Source of the DNA: an uncultured Desulfobacteraceae bacterium
GTDB taxonomy: Bacteria > Desulfobacterota > Desulfobacteria > Desulfobacterales > Desulfatirhabdiaceae
Direction: 5' to 3'
DNA length: 64,000 nt
Assembly: GCA_903839535.1 (NCBI GenBank)
Contig: CAIMCT010000101.1
Span: forward strand, 69 to 64,068
Shown: positions 53,261 to 62,868 of the stretch, in pieces
Numbering within the stretch: the first letter of the stretch is position 1
Layout of the letters: each line of letters begins with the position of its first letter
The notes under the pieces: model-generated
What the model was told of the DNA's origin: nothing
Seen by the model: the letters and a program-made list of their open reading frames with translations, nothing else
Databases searched by the model: none
Translations under genes and position numbers: made by a program

Positions 53261-54757
53261 ATGGTTAAGAATTTATATAAAATGAATTTTTCTAAAGATA
53301 AAAAATCAGTCATGAGCCTGTTCCGTAAGCAGCGACAGCCAGAGCTGACTATGGCAAAGATTTCCGCCTCCAGCCTTTCTCCCGACCGGGCTGATAGTCC
53401 CTCCGCTCCTGTTACCCTTAAAACGCGTGTACTGCATGCCGGTGTCTGGACCCTGATCGGATACGGTGTGAGCCAGGCGCTCCGGCTGGGCAGCAATCTC
53501 ATCATGACCCGTCTGCTGGTCCCGGAAATGTTCGGAGTCATGGCGATCGCCAATATCATATTATATGGGCTGGCCCTGTTTTCGGATTTCGGACTTGGTC
53601 AGAGTATTATTCAGAGCCGTCGCGGGGAAGAGCCTGTTTTCCTGAATACCGCCTGGGTCGTCCAGATTCTACGGGGCGCAGTTCTCTGTGTTGTGGCAAT
53701 GCTGATTGCGTTGGCGCTTTATTTTGCCGGAATGTTTCATTTGCTACCGGAGGGAAGCGCCTACGCAAATAATATACTGCCTGCCGTAGTTCTTGTACTA
53801 TCATTTTCAGCGCTGATATCGGGATTCGAGTCGAACAAGCTGGCGCTTGCCAGACGCAAACTTGAGCTGGGGCGTGTAACCCAGATAGAATTGGTGAGCC
53901 AGGCTATGGCGCTCTGCTTCATGCTTGGCTGGGCTATGTTGCACAGATCGGTATGGGCATTGGTGGCCGGCGCATTAGTTTCTGTACTGGTACGGGTGAT
54001 CCTCAGCCACACACTGTTAAGCGGCCCGAAAAACAAGATGGCCTGGGATCGTGAATCTTTCCTTGAGATCATCGGTTATGGAAAGTGGGTATTCCTCTCA
54101 TCAATACTCGGATTTCTGCTCGCCAGCGGCGACCGCCTGATGCTGGGAGGATTGGTCGATGCCAAAATACTCGGTCTCTATTCCATAGCATTTCTGATGG
54201 TTTCCTCAATCCAGCAGGTAATGGGGAAATTGATCGACAACATATCTTTTCCGTTATTGAGTGAAGTAATCCGAGACAAACCGGAACAATTGCTCAGTAA
54301 ATATTACAAACTGCGGACACCGATTGATATTGTTTTGCTCCTGCTGACTGGAATCCTGTTCTTTTCAGGGCATGTTGTTATCGACTTGCTCTATGACGGT
54401 CGCTATTCCTCGGCGGGGCCGATGCTGGAGATACTGTCCCTGGCATTGTTCGAGACCCGCTTTGGCGTAACCGGTCAATACTATATGGCCCGCGGAACTC
54501 CGCGACTGCTCATCCCCCTCATCGGATGCAGATTAGTACCCCTGTACATCATGCTACCCATTGTATTCAAATTCTACGGATTCAACGGGGCGTTATGGGT
54601 AATCGCAACCAATTCATTCTTCAGTATCCCTCTTACTTATTACTACAAAAAGATAAACGGCATACTTGACATCAAGCGTGAGCTCATGGTCCTGCCAGCA
54701 CTGCTGGTCGGCGCCATCATTGGCAAAGGGCTGGCGTATTTTATGGATAAATTCTAA
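53261..54757 (+). CDS. Wzx-type polysaccharide flippase (MOP superfamily)
   Basis: About 12 TM helices. GVSQALRLGSNLIMTRLLVPEMFGVMAIAN is a typical N-terminus. Start ambiguous (TTG 53231; ATG 53261, 53282, 53312 or 53351). Confidence 0.8.
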   Translation: MVKNLYKMNFSKDKKSVMSLFRKQRQPELTMAKISASSLSPDRADSPSAPVTLKTRVLHAGVWTLIGYGVSQALRLGSNLIMTRLLVPEMFGVMAIANIILYGLALFSDFGLGQSIIQSRRGEEPVFLNTAWVVQILRGAVLCVVAMLIALALYFAGMFHLLPEGSAYANNILPAVVLVLSFSALISGFESNKLALARRKLELGRVTQIELVSQAMALCFMLGWAMLHRSVWALVAGALVSVLVRVILSHTLLSGPKNKMAWDRESFLEIIGYGKWVFLSSILGFLLASGDRLMLGGLVDAKILGLYSIAFLMVSSIQQVMGKLIDNISFPLLSEVIRDKPEQLLSKYYKLRTPIDIVLLLLTGILFFSGHVVIDLLYDGRYSSAGPMLEILSLALFETRFGVTGQYYMARGTPRLLIPLIGCRLVPLYIMLPIVFKFYGFNGALWVIATNSFFSIPLTYYYKKINGILDIKRELMVLPALLVGAIIGKGLAYFMDKF

Positions 54758-54773
54758 ACCAGGAGAGTCCGAC

Positions 54774-55694
54774 TTGAACGGCACCTTACGACCTGTTGCA
54801 AGTGTGGTAATTCCCGTCTTCAATACCTCAAAGTATCTTGAAAAAGCGGTTGATTCCGTTCTTGGGCAGTCCTTCACCGATTTTGAGTTGCTGCTGCTTG
54901 ATGATGGCAGCACCGATGAATCATCCGCGATTCTTGATCGGTACCAGGCGGCGGATAGTCGCTGCATTGTCCATCACTGGCCGAACAGGGGGATTATTGC
55001 AACGCGGAATGAGGGGAACAGGCTGGCCAGGGCTGACATCATCATCTTGATGGATTCCGATGATATCTGCATGCCGGACCGCTTTGCGAAGCAGATTCGG
55101 TATCTGGATGAAAACACGGACTGTGTTGCTGTTGGCTCCAGGATTCTGTTGATTGATTCGGAAGATATGCCCATCACCGTGATGGGAGATAAATTCAGTC
55201 ATGAGGAAATCGATTCTACAAACATTTCCGGAGTTGATGCCAGTTTTTTTCAGCCGGCGGTTGCGCTCCGTAAATCCGCCGTGGAACAGGTGGGTGGTTA
55301 CCGTGCGGAATATCCCTGCGCCGAGGATTTTGATCTTTTTCTTCGTCTGGCTGAAGTCGGCAGACTGACCAACCTGCCGGATGTGCTGCTGAAATATCGG
55401 CAGCACCTGTCCAGCATAGGGTATAGTCACGGGGACAAACAGGCCAATTCCGCCATGCGTGCGATCAAGGATGCCTGCCTGCGCAGAGGACTTGATTATA
55501 AGGATTTGCAAGCTCCCGGACAGCCGGTAGTAGATCGGCGGAATGCAGCAGATGCCTATATCAAATGGTCATGGTGGGCGTTAAAGGTGGGTTATCTGCC
55601 GACATCCAGAAAATACGCATTAAAGGCGCTTAAAAAGCGGCCTCTGAACAGGGAAACCTGGAGACTTTGCGCCTGCGTACTGCGGGGACATTAA
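54774..55694 (+). CDS. Family 2 glycosyltransferase
   Basis: ASVVIPVFNTSKYLEKAVDSVLGQSFTDFELLLLDDGSTDES...MDSDD. TTG start at 54774, 7 nt after AGGAGAG. The longer track ORF overlaps wzx. Confidence 0.8.
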   Translation: MNGTLRPVASVVIPVFNTSKYLEKAVDSVLGQSFTDFELLLLDDGSTDESSAILDRYQAADSRCIVHHWPNRGIIATRNEGNRLARADIIILMDSDDICMPDRFAKQIRYLDENTDCVAVGSRILLIDSEDMPITVMGDKFSHEEIDSTNISGVDASFFQPAVALRKSAVEQVGGYRAEYPCAEDFDLFLRLAEVGRLTNLPDVLLKYRQHLSSIGYSHGDKQANSAMRAIKDACLRRGLDYKDLQAPGQPVVDRRNAADAYIKWSWWALKVGYLPTSRKYALKALKKRPLNRETWRLCACVLRGH

Positions 55695-56272
55695 CGCTCC
55701 CGGATCACTTTCGCCGGTATGCCGGCGGCGATGCAGTTTGCCGGTACATCCTTTGTCACTATGCTGTTGGCACCTATGATTGCGCCGTCACCAATGGTTA
55801 CCCCCGGAAGAATGCAGGCACCACGCCCCACCCACACATCACTGCCAATGTGAATTGGTTTGGCGTCATGGGGCTGGCTGCACACCAGTTCTCCTCGCGC
55901 AATGCCGTGATTGGCATCCCGAATCGAAACAAATTCCCCCACCATGGTGAAATCACCTATGGCCACCTCCGTGTAGGCGCAGATCGTCGCTCCCCGGTTT
56001 AGTCTCACCTCACGACCTACCCTGATTATACCCCCGTTGTTGGTGGTGAACTCCGTCAGGTCGCCGATACGTGATTTTTCACCGATCTTCACATTCCTGG
56101 TTCCAAGCACCGTTACATCTCCATCAAATTGTACAGTGGGATCAAGACCGTGAATCCGGGCTGCCGCCCGTCCATTGTTCCAGATGCGCCCCCAGTAATA
56201 GCTGAACGGGCTGAGCAGACGGAATGGGAGGGAAACTATCGTGCATGCAATTGATAGGATGAAGTTTTTCAT
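55691..56272 (-). CDS. Hexapeptide-repeat O-acetyltransferase
   Basis: IGSDVWVGRGACILPGVTIGDGAIIGANSIVTKDVPANCIAAGIPAKVI. Confidence 0.85.
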   Translation of the reverse strand: MKNFILSIACTIVSLPFRLLSPFSYYWGRIWNNGRAAARIHGLDPTVQFDGDVTVLGTRNVKIGEKSRIGDLTEFTTNNGGIIRVGREVRLNRGATICAYTEVAIGDFTMVGEFVSIRDANHGIARGELVCSQPHDAKPIHIGSDVWVGRGACILPGVTIGDGAIIGANSIVTKDVPANCIAAGIPAKVIRER

Positions 56273-56336
56273 AACCGTGTCTTCTTTGCGCCCTTTGCGC
56301 CTTTGCTGTGAATTGAAATTGCCGCACTGGGTGCGG
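56273..56336 (+). repeat. Repeat family A, partial copy A6 (CTTTGCGCC repeats plus GCCGCACTGGGTGCGG hairpin)
   Basis: Matches 62421-62471 of A4 and the inverted A5. Directly abuts the acetyltransferase start codon. Confidence 0.7.
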
Positions 56337-56353
56337 ATATCCCGGACTGTTAC

Positions 56354-57403
56354 CTACTTTAGCAGCACATCTTCCAGCATGTCTGCTGAATACTCCCATG
56401 AGAAGGCATCCGCCCGGCGCAGGGCGGCGGCGCTCATGCGGGTCAGTCGTTCCTGATCTTCCAGAATGTGCAATACTCTGTCGGCAATGGTCTGAGGATC
56501 GCCCACATCCACGATGTAACCTTCAACACCATCGGTTATTATGTCCCTGATCCCTTTGTTGTCGGAGGAAACAATCGGACACCCCAACGAGATCGCCTCC
56601 AGGGCAGGCAGGCAGAATCCCTCGGTGCTGGATGCCGTCATCCATACTTTTGTGTTCAGATAGGTGCGGCGAATGTTCTCCTGGGTGGGTGTGCGCTGAA
56701 ACCTGACATCATGAAAGGGGAAATCCGGATACTTGACCAAGTCAGGGTTCTCGGAGCCGAACATGACAATCTTAAGGCCGGGATGCCGCTTCCGCAGGAT
56801 GGTCAGAGCCTCCAGCGCTATATCGGTGCGCTTAAGTGGCACCGTAGAATAAAGCAGTCCGACATCATGGGTCCGGTTTATCCCTTCGCCGCTGAAGCAA
56901 GAAAGAAAAAAATCCCGTCCGTTGGGAATAACCGGGATATCGTTCTCTCCGGAAAGCGCCTCTACCAGCTCCTTTAACCAACTGGAAATCACGATTTTTT
57001 TCAAGGGGAGCCGGAAGGTTGCATCCACATCCTCCCCCTCCCTTGCAAAGACCTTTTCATATCCCTGGATTAGGTAGAACTTGCGTCCGCAGCGTTCCGG
57101 CAGTTCCGCTGCAATCTGGGCGGTTTGGAAAGCAGTGGCGATTATGCAGTCGCTGTGGGGCAGATACTCCTGTGCAATCTTTGGCACTTCAATGAGCTTA
57201 CCGCAAAAGGCATCCAGGTGATCCCTCTCGTTATGGATCATACGCCTGATCTTGCGGCGCAATTGCTCCCTGAAGGCAAGATCGCGTTTGGGGTAAACAA
57301 CGGTTACCCGGTGTCCACGCCTGATCAGGGCGTTTCCGTAGCAGGCGACTACCCGCAAGCCGCCGGCAATTCCCTTAAATGGTACGAGAAAAGTTATATC
57401 CAT
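56354..57403 (-). CDS. Family 4 (GT-B) glycosyltransferase
   Basis: STEGFCLPALEAISLGCPIVSSDNKGIRDIITDGVEGYIV motif. Confidence 0.8.
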   Translation of the reverse strand: MDITFLVPFKGIAGGLRVVACYGNALIRRGHRVTVVYPKRDLAFREQLRRKIRRMIHNERDHLDAFCGKLIEVPKIAQEYLPHSDCIIATAFQTAQIAAELPERCGRKFYLIQGYEKVFAREGEDVDATFRLPLKKIVISSWLKELVEALSGENDIPVIPNGRDFFLSCFSGEGINRTHDVGLLYSTVPLKRTDIALEALTILRKRHPGLKIVMFGSENPDLVKYPDFPFHDVRFQRTPTQENIRRTYLNTKVWMTASSTEGFCLPALEAISLGCPIVSSDNKGIRDIITDGVEGYIVDVGDPQTIADRVLHILEDQERLTRMSAAALRRADAFSWEYSADMLEDVLLK

Positions 57404-58730
57404 AATTGATCTCTCCTAAAATCCTTGGAAATTTGGCCTGTGTAGTTTCCCACGCGCCAGCCTGTATCAGCCCCTCACTGAATCCGAGGATGATGTAAAA
57501 AAACTGCACTGTCTGAGTGCCGGAATATACGGTGGCCTGTGTAAATAGCGCTGTCAGGATGCTGGCGATCATACACCAGGCCAGGCGGATTTCCTTGCTG
57601 GACGGGTCGCCTCGTATAGAAAAAATGATCAGCCTTGCCAGAATCCAGGTTACGCTGACAATATAGGCATACAGTGAGGCCTTGCCCGATGACAGCACGA
57701 TCATCAGGTACTCGTTGTCCACCGAAGCCTGCCCCTTTACCACCGGAACGGTGAAACGTCCCCATCCCAGAAGCGGCTTTTCGGCAATCACTTCCTTGTA
57801 ATTGTCCAGCAGTTCCGTGCGATATGCGGCATTGCGCTGATCCTCGGTGACAGCGTTGGCCCTGTCCACATTGACATAGGAAATCGCTTTAGGGAGGATG
57901 AATATGCTGGCTACGGCCATCAGGCTCAACAGAATCATTGTGGCAAGCCCCTTGTTCTGCGACCAGCCATACCAGATGAGGACCAGGCCAAGGAAAATGC
58001 CGATGATCGGTGCTCGCGATATAGACGATATCCCGCCACCAATGCAGATAAGGGTGATCCAGAACCCATGTTTGCGCTTCTCGAAGTAGTCGTTCTTCCA
58101 GAGCCAGACCGCTAACGGTACAAACATGGTGTAATAATAGCCTGCACAAATCGGATGCCCGAAGGGACCGGAGGCCCGTTTCAGTCCGCCGCGCTTCATG
58201 CCGCCGCCCCACGGAACCGATTTGGGCCAGATCCTGCGGAGAGGCTCGTCGAACACGTTGAACCAGAAGCGGAATTCGATCATCTGGAAGATCGCTACCA
58301 CCGCCCCGGTCAGGATAATGATTCGGAACATCTTTATCCGGCTCTCCGGGTCCATAAACCAGGCGCGGGCCATGATGAACGGAAGCAGGCGGATGGTGAT
58401 ATCGTTGTAGAGAATCTTCTGGGCCTCCTTGTAGGCGCTGTTTTGCCATTGCCCGCTGAACACGATTACAAGATGCACCAGAATCAGAACATCCGCTGGC
58501 AATAAGCGGTACCCATCGGCCTGACGGTTGACGATCCATGAAAAGGCGATAGGAAGCAGCACGGCGCTCCAGAATCCCATTTCGGGAATGCCAGCCACAA
58601 TCTTGGTTTCGTAGTAGATCGGAACAACTGTAAGAACCGGCAGAAAGAAATAGAGGAACAGCTCCTTGGGCTCCTTGTAGAGCAAAAGGCCGATGGTGAC
58701 AAGCATTAGAAGCAGTATGCTCTTATCCAT
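57375..58730 (-). CDS. O-antigen ligase / Wzy-type polymerase family membrane protein
   Basis: About 10-12 TM helices with a large loop. SGPFGHPICAGYY and SRAPIIG segments are typical of the Wzy_C family. Confidence 0.7.
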   Translation of the reverse strand: MDKSILLLMLVTIGLLLYKEPKELFLYFFLPVLTVVPIYYETKIVAGIPEMGFWSAVLLPIAFSWIVNRQADGYRLLPADVLILVHLVIVFSGQWQNSAYKEAQKILYNDITIRLLPFIMARAWFMDPESRIKMFRIIILTGAVVAIFQMIEFRFWFNVFDEPLRRIWPKSVPWGGGMKRGGLKRASGPFGHPICAGYYYTMFVPLAVWLWKNDYFEKRKHGFWITLICIGGGISSISRAPIIGIFLGLVLIWYGWSQNKGLATMILLSLMAVASIFILPKAISYVNVDRANAVTEDQRNAAYRTELLDNYKEVIAEKPLLGWGRFTVPVVKGQASVDNEYLMIVLSSGKASLYAYIVSVTWILARLIIFSIRGDPSSKEIRLAWCMIASILTALFTQATVYSGTQTVQFFYIILGFSEGLIQAGAWETTQAKFPRILGEINYGYNFSRTI

Positions 58731-58736
58731 CCGGTA

Positions 58737-60920
58737 TTATCCTCTCCTGAACAAACGCCGTTTTTTCTCCCGACCCAGGATGTGATAGGCCTGAAGATTT
58801 TTGCGCAGATAGCCGCCCCGAACGAACCCGACCCGATTCAAAACAACGGAGATGACTTTGACACCGCAGTCGTCCAGCATTGACATGGAGCGCATCAGTT
58901 GACCCCAAAGCGAATGCCGCGCAAGCGCAGTCAATATAACCACGTCGGCGATGCCGGCGATCGCCTGGGTATCTGCTGAAAGCAGGATGGGGGGCAGGTC
59001 GATTACGATCATGTCGAATGAGTTTTTCAGCTCTTCAAGAAGTGTTCTCAAATCCTCGCTGGAATGCGCACGTCCCCCGTGCATCTCCGCGGCGCTTGGG
59101 TAGAAGGTGAAGGGGAATTCCTCAACTGCGTCATCGAGAAAACCCTGGGGAATATTGTCGCCTGAGGCGGTTTTCATGATGCTCTTCAGTGGTTCGCGAC
59201 TTCCAGCAGGGTTGCGGGTGTTCAGGTCGATGTACAAACGGCGATTTCTTGGTACGGTACTCATGGCCAGAATATTCATGGCCAACATGGTAACGCCACA
59301 ACCATCCCCCAGTCCGGTGAAGGCGAACACTTTTGAGCCGTGCTCCAGCCGTTCCCGGTCCATCTTGACAACGATCTCGGCCAGTTGCTGAGTCATGAAG
59401 GAGCGTGGATGTCGTCTGTGCAGAGAGTAAAGATCGCCAATCGGGATTTTCTCCTCGTCGGTCCGCAGCACAAAGCCGGTCAGCGGAAACCCGAGAATCT
59501 TTTCCATGTCGATGGGCCGCTTGATGCGACTATCGATCATATCTCGCCCGATGACCACGCCGACACCGGCAAGAAGCGATGCGATAAAGCAGATCGGAAC
59601 CATTTTGCCTCGTGGATCAACGTTGGGATCTTCCGGTTTTTGCGCCCATGTTGTAACCGTGATACGTCCAGGCGAGGCGAACTCCATCTGAATTTGGTCT
59701 GTACGCTCGTTGATCCGGGTAAGACTTTCCATCAGCCGCTGATTTTCCTGGCGTTTGGTCTGAGCGTGCAGCACTGCTGTGTTATATTCCAGTATCTCCT
59801 TCTGTGATCGATCAAGCTCCTTCAGGAGCAGTTTTTCGGCATCCTTCGCAGTTTGGTAATCAACACGGGCGCTTTCGACGGCGAGTTGGTTGTCTTCCAG
59901 CAGTTTGTCCCGCACGACCTTCTCCTGGTGTTTCGTGGTCCATTCCAGTAGTCGCTCCACCTGCCCCTCCATTTCCTGCTGGCGCTGCTTCAGCAGGATG
60001 TGGCGGGGGTTGTCCACTGTTAATCCCACCATAAGATCATTGATTTCCAGAATACGACCATTGATCTGGTTGATAAGGCCGGACACCCCTTGTCCGCCAT
60101 CTATCCGGTCGGCCACCTGCCCGGAGAACGGCATCTTCTTCAGTATGTCCCCCTTGGCATTCAGAGCATTCATGCGGCTCTCGGCAATGATCCGCTCAGC
60201 CACCAGCTTGTTGTATATCTTCTTCAGGTCGGCGAACGACTCGAAATAGATGTAGAGATTTTTCTCTTCGGTGATTGCGGTTCCATATTTACGGGAAATC
60301 TCCTCCAGATTGCGATATCCTTCATCTAACTCTTCTTGTACTTTCTGTCTTTCCCGGGTCAACACGTCCAGTTTGTAACTGTCCTGATTGTGGGTGTTTG
60401 CCTCGATTGAATTGATATACCCATTGATAACGCAGTTGATCATTTCCGCCAGGCCCTCGCTGCGTGTGCCCTCCATGGAAATGGTGATGAGCTGGGTGTC
60501 CCGGATCTGCACTACCTTGATGCGGCCGTTAAGGCGGCTGGCGGCTGATGTCATGGATTCACGGGGAAATACCCATTTGAATCCCTGGGATTCGTAGTTT
60601 TTGATGGCCCATTCCAGAATCGGATAACTGGTGATCACCTTGACCTGGGTTCGCATCCAGTCTTCAAAAGAGTGGATAAAACTGCTGTCCTCCACCCGGT
60701 AGAGTATCTTGGGCATGTACGGATTGATGTAGATCAGTCCTTCAGTCCCGTATCCGGGCTTTTTCTTGAGGATAACGTAGGGAACGGTGAGCACAGTACC
60801 GATCAGCGTGATGGCGATTACGATGTGCAGGTACTCGATAATTGCGCCGATCGGATTGAACGGTTTGCTGAATGTGCGCTTCGGGCGCTGAATCGGCTGG
60901 CTGGTCAATTCATTTACCAA
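58737..60920 (-). CDS. Polysaccharide co-polymerase (Wzz/GumC-type) with degenerate C-terminal P-loop domain
   Basis: N-terminal TM segment, long coiled-coil periplasmic region, second TM segment, then an ATPase-like domain with Walker B-like DMIVIDLPP but GLGDGCGVT in place of a GK[ST] Walker A. Confidence 0.75.
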   Translation of the reverse strand: MVNELTSQPIQRPKRTFSKPFNPIGAIIEYLHIVIAITLIGTVLTVPYVILKKKPGYGTEGLIYINPYMPKILYRVEDSSFIHSFEDWMRTQVKVITSYPILEWAIKNYESQGFKWVFPRESMTSAASRLNGRIKVVQIRDTQLITISMEGTRSEGLAEMINCVINGYINSIEANTHNQDSYKLDVLTRERQKVQEELDEGYRNLEEISRKYGTAITEEKNLYIYFESFADLKKIYNKLVAERIIAESRMNALNAKGDILKKMPFSGQVADRIDGGQGVSGLINQINGRILEINDLMVGLTVDNPRHILLKQRQQEMEGQVERLLEWTTKHQEKVVRDKLLEDNQLAVESARVDYQTAKDAEKLLLKELDRSQKEILEYNTAVLHAQTKRQENQRLMESLTRINERTDQIQMEFASPGRITVTTWAQKPEDPNVDPRGKMVPICFIASLLAGVGVVIGRDMIDSRIKRPIDMEKILGFPLTGFVLRTDEEKIPIGDLYSLHRRHPRSFMTQQLAEIVVKMDRERLEHGSKVFAFTGLGDGCGVTMLAMNILAMSTVPRNRRLYIDLNTRNPAGSREPLKSIMKTASGDNIPQGFLDDAVEEFPFTFYPSAAEMHGGRAHSSEDLRTLLEELKNSFDMIVIDLPPILLSADTQAIAGIADVVILTALARHSLWGQLMRSMSMLDDCGVKVISVVLNRVGFVRGGYLRKNLQAYHILGREKKRRLFRRG

Positions 60921-61935
60921 GAGCGTAACCAGTTATGAAGAGTTGGGTAAAGGGGTTGATCATACGCAGGTAGTAGTTGTAATTGGCGATCCCTTTGCGG
61001 GGGACGAAGATTATGTCATTTTTGGCCAACATGATATTGCCGGAGAAGTCGGCTTTATTAATCATGCTGTCCAGGCTGACTTTGATTGGCTTACCGGCGT
61101 CGGCACCCTTGCTGCGAACCAGCAGAATGCTGTCGGTAGTTGCATTTTCCGTCGGCCCGCCGGCCTTTGCAACTGCATTAAGAAGCGACTTTACGCTGTC
61201 GAGATCGAATGCTCCAGGCTTGCTTACTTCGCCAAGGACATAGACGTTAGCCTCGTCAGGGTCGGGAACATAGATGGTGTCGTTTCCGGCCAGATCCATA
61301 TTGCGACCAGTTGACCCACCTCGCAACATTTCATCCAGCGAGACCCAGAGCATCTGATCTTTCCCCCGGATGATGGCGCAATTGGACGGCGGGCGGGCCT
61401 GCGAACCGCCAGAGAAAACGCCGGCCCTGGACAGAGCCTCCAGAAGGTTCGGACGACTGCGGAATTTGACCGTTCCAGGTATCATTACCTTCCCAAGTAC
61501 ATGCACCTGATTGTTCTCGAACGACTTGATGCGCAGCGTTAATGCTGGCGTATCAAAATAGCGCCGGAGAGATTCCTTGAGGATCGTTTCAACTTCAGTA
61601 CGGGTTTTCCCGATCACTTTTACCTCGCCTGAAGGATAAATCGTCATGGTTCCATCGGGACTTACAGTCTGCTCACATGCAACTTCCGGCGATGTTGGAG
61701 ACAGAACCTCCACCACATCTCCAGGTCCCAGCAGGTATTCACGATTTAACCCGGCCTCAAACGCCTTCAACACCTCCAGCGGAGCAATCATCACCTCCGG
61801 TTGATCAGGTGAAGCCGCTATCCCTTTCACCGGCATGTTGACTGTGGCCGGTAGATTGGCGCATGCAAGCGGCAGCAGGCAGAGAAAAAACGAAAATGCA
61901 ATGCGGATATGCAACGAAGCAGAAATCTTGATCAC
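60910..61935 (-). CDS. Polysaccharide export outer-membrane lipoprotein (Wza/SLBB family)
   Basis: Lipobox LPLAC. YLLGPGDVVEV (Poly_export motif). Two SLBB-like repeats (PGTVKF..., YVLGEVSKPGAF...). Confidence 0.8.
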   Translation of the reverse strand: MIKISASLHIRIAFSFFLCLLPLACANLPATVNMPVKGIAASPDQPEVMIAPLEVLKAFEAGLNREYLLGPGDVVEVLSPTSPEVACEQTVSPDGTMTIYPSGEVKVIGKTRTEVETILKESLRRYFDTPALTLRIKSFENNQVHVLGKVMIPGTVKFRSRPNLLEALSRAGVFSGGSQARPPSNCAIIRGKDQMLWVSLDEMLRGGSTGRNMDLAGNDTIYVPDPDEANVYVLGEVSKPGAFDLDSVKSLLNAVAKAGGPTENATTDSILLVRSKGADAGKPIKVSLDSMINKADFSGNIMLAKNDIIFVPRKGIANYNYYLRMINPFTQLFITGYALGK

Positions 61936-62345
61936 CCATTTCCTTCGTTCAATCTTTTGATCATGGTAAGACGTTTCCAGCCAGGAAAGTTCGCGATGGT
62001 CACTTCATCCATCAATTTTCGAATAATATAGATACCATAGCCCCCTGTGGCGGCAACCTCAAAATCAGGATCCGATATGTCTTCAAGATTCAACTCATCG
62101 CCCTGATCATCCACGGTGATGATAACCATCTGCGTATCCCACGAAAACCCGAGGCCGACTTTTCCGCCGGTCTGACCATGCCGGATAGCATTGGTCAATG
62201 CCTCGCTAACTGCAAGCGATATGTTGTACCCCAATTGCGGTGGCGGTGAATCACCCAGTATCTCACGGATGACATCATCTGTGAATTGGGCGGCAACGCG
62301 CAGGGACTCCAGCTCGGATGACAACTCTATAGTTCTTTCTTTCAT
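61932..62345 (-). CDS. RsbW/SpoIIAB-like anti-sigma-type serine kinase (GHKL ATPase)
   Basis: SLAVSEALTNAIRHG (N-box), ITVDDQGDE and TGGYGIYIIRKLMDEV (G-box). Its stop overlaps the Wza-like start (ATGA). Confidence 0.8.
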   Translation of the reverse strand: MKERTIELSSELESLRVAAQFTDDVIREILGDSPPPQLGYNISLAVSEALTNAIRHGQTGGKVGLGFSWDTQMVIITVDDQGDELNLEDISDPDFEVAATGGYGIYIIRKLMDEVTIANFPGWKRLTMIKRLNEGNG

Positions 62346-62353
62346 GTCTCTAA

Positions 62354-62471
62354 TTTACCGTGAAAATACTTTTAAACCACGAAATACACGCTCTTGTGTC
62401 GGCTGAAATACACGAAAAAATGTTCTTTGCGTCTTTGCGTGAGAAACCCTTATGCCGCACTGGGGTGCGGC
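62354..62471 (+). repeat. Repeat family A, copy A4 (longest, with terminal GCCGCACTGGGGTGCGGC hairpin)
   Basis: TTTACCGTGAAAATACTTTTAAACCACGAAATACACG...AAATACACGAAAAAATGTTCTTTGCGTCTTTGCGTGAGAAACCC. Begins 9 nt 5' of the kinase start codon. Confidence 0.9.
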
Positions 62472-62514
62472 GGTACCGGATATTAGCCATTCATAATTCA
62501 TAATTAATCTGTGC

Positions 62515-62856
62515 TTATTCGTTTGTAATTTCCAACGTGGCGGCGGTCGCAGTTTCATAAATATCAAATAGCCGGTGCAGACGGGTAAGTTCAAAAATTG
62601 TATGTACCTCCGGAATAAGTCCGGCAATGCGGATTTCACCACCCTCCTTCACTACTGTGCGAAGAACGCCAACCAGTGCGCCCATACCAGAGCTGTCGAT
62701 AAAATCTACATGCGCCATATCAAGGACAATCCTCTTTTTTTGTGCATCCAGCAACAGCGAGATGACATTCTTGAAATCGCGGGACCCGAGGGCGTCAAAG
62801 CGGCCATTCATGGAAACAACAGTAAATACTCCGTCCTGATTATGCGTTATAGACAT
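62515..62856 (-). CDS. STAS-domain anti-sigma-factor antagonist (RsbV/SpoIIAA-like)
   Basis: 113 aa. VVSMNGRFDALGSRDF...LDMAHVDFIDSSGMGALVGV, with the conserved phospho-serine DSSG. Confidence 0.85.
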   Translation of the reverse strand: MSITHNQDGVFTVVSMNGRFDALGSRDFKNVISLLLDAQKKRIVLDMAHVDFIDSSGMGALVGVLRTVVKEGGEIRIAGLIPEVHTIFELTRLHRLFDIYETATAATLEITNE

Positions 62857-62868
62857 GTAACCTCCATT

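Noticed and set aside
57889-58539. 216-aa minus-strand ORF and several plus-strand ORFs inside the Wzy-like gene
   Set aside because: These are alternative frames of a clearly polytopic membrane protein gene, and their translations are Arg/Pro-rich with no features.
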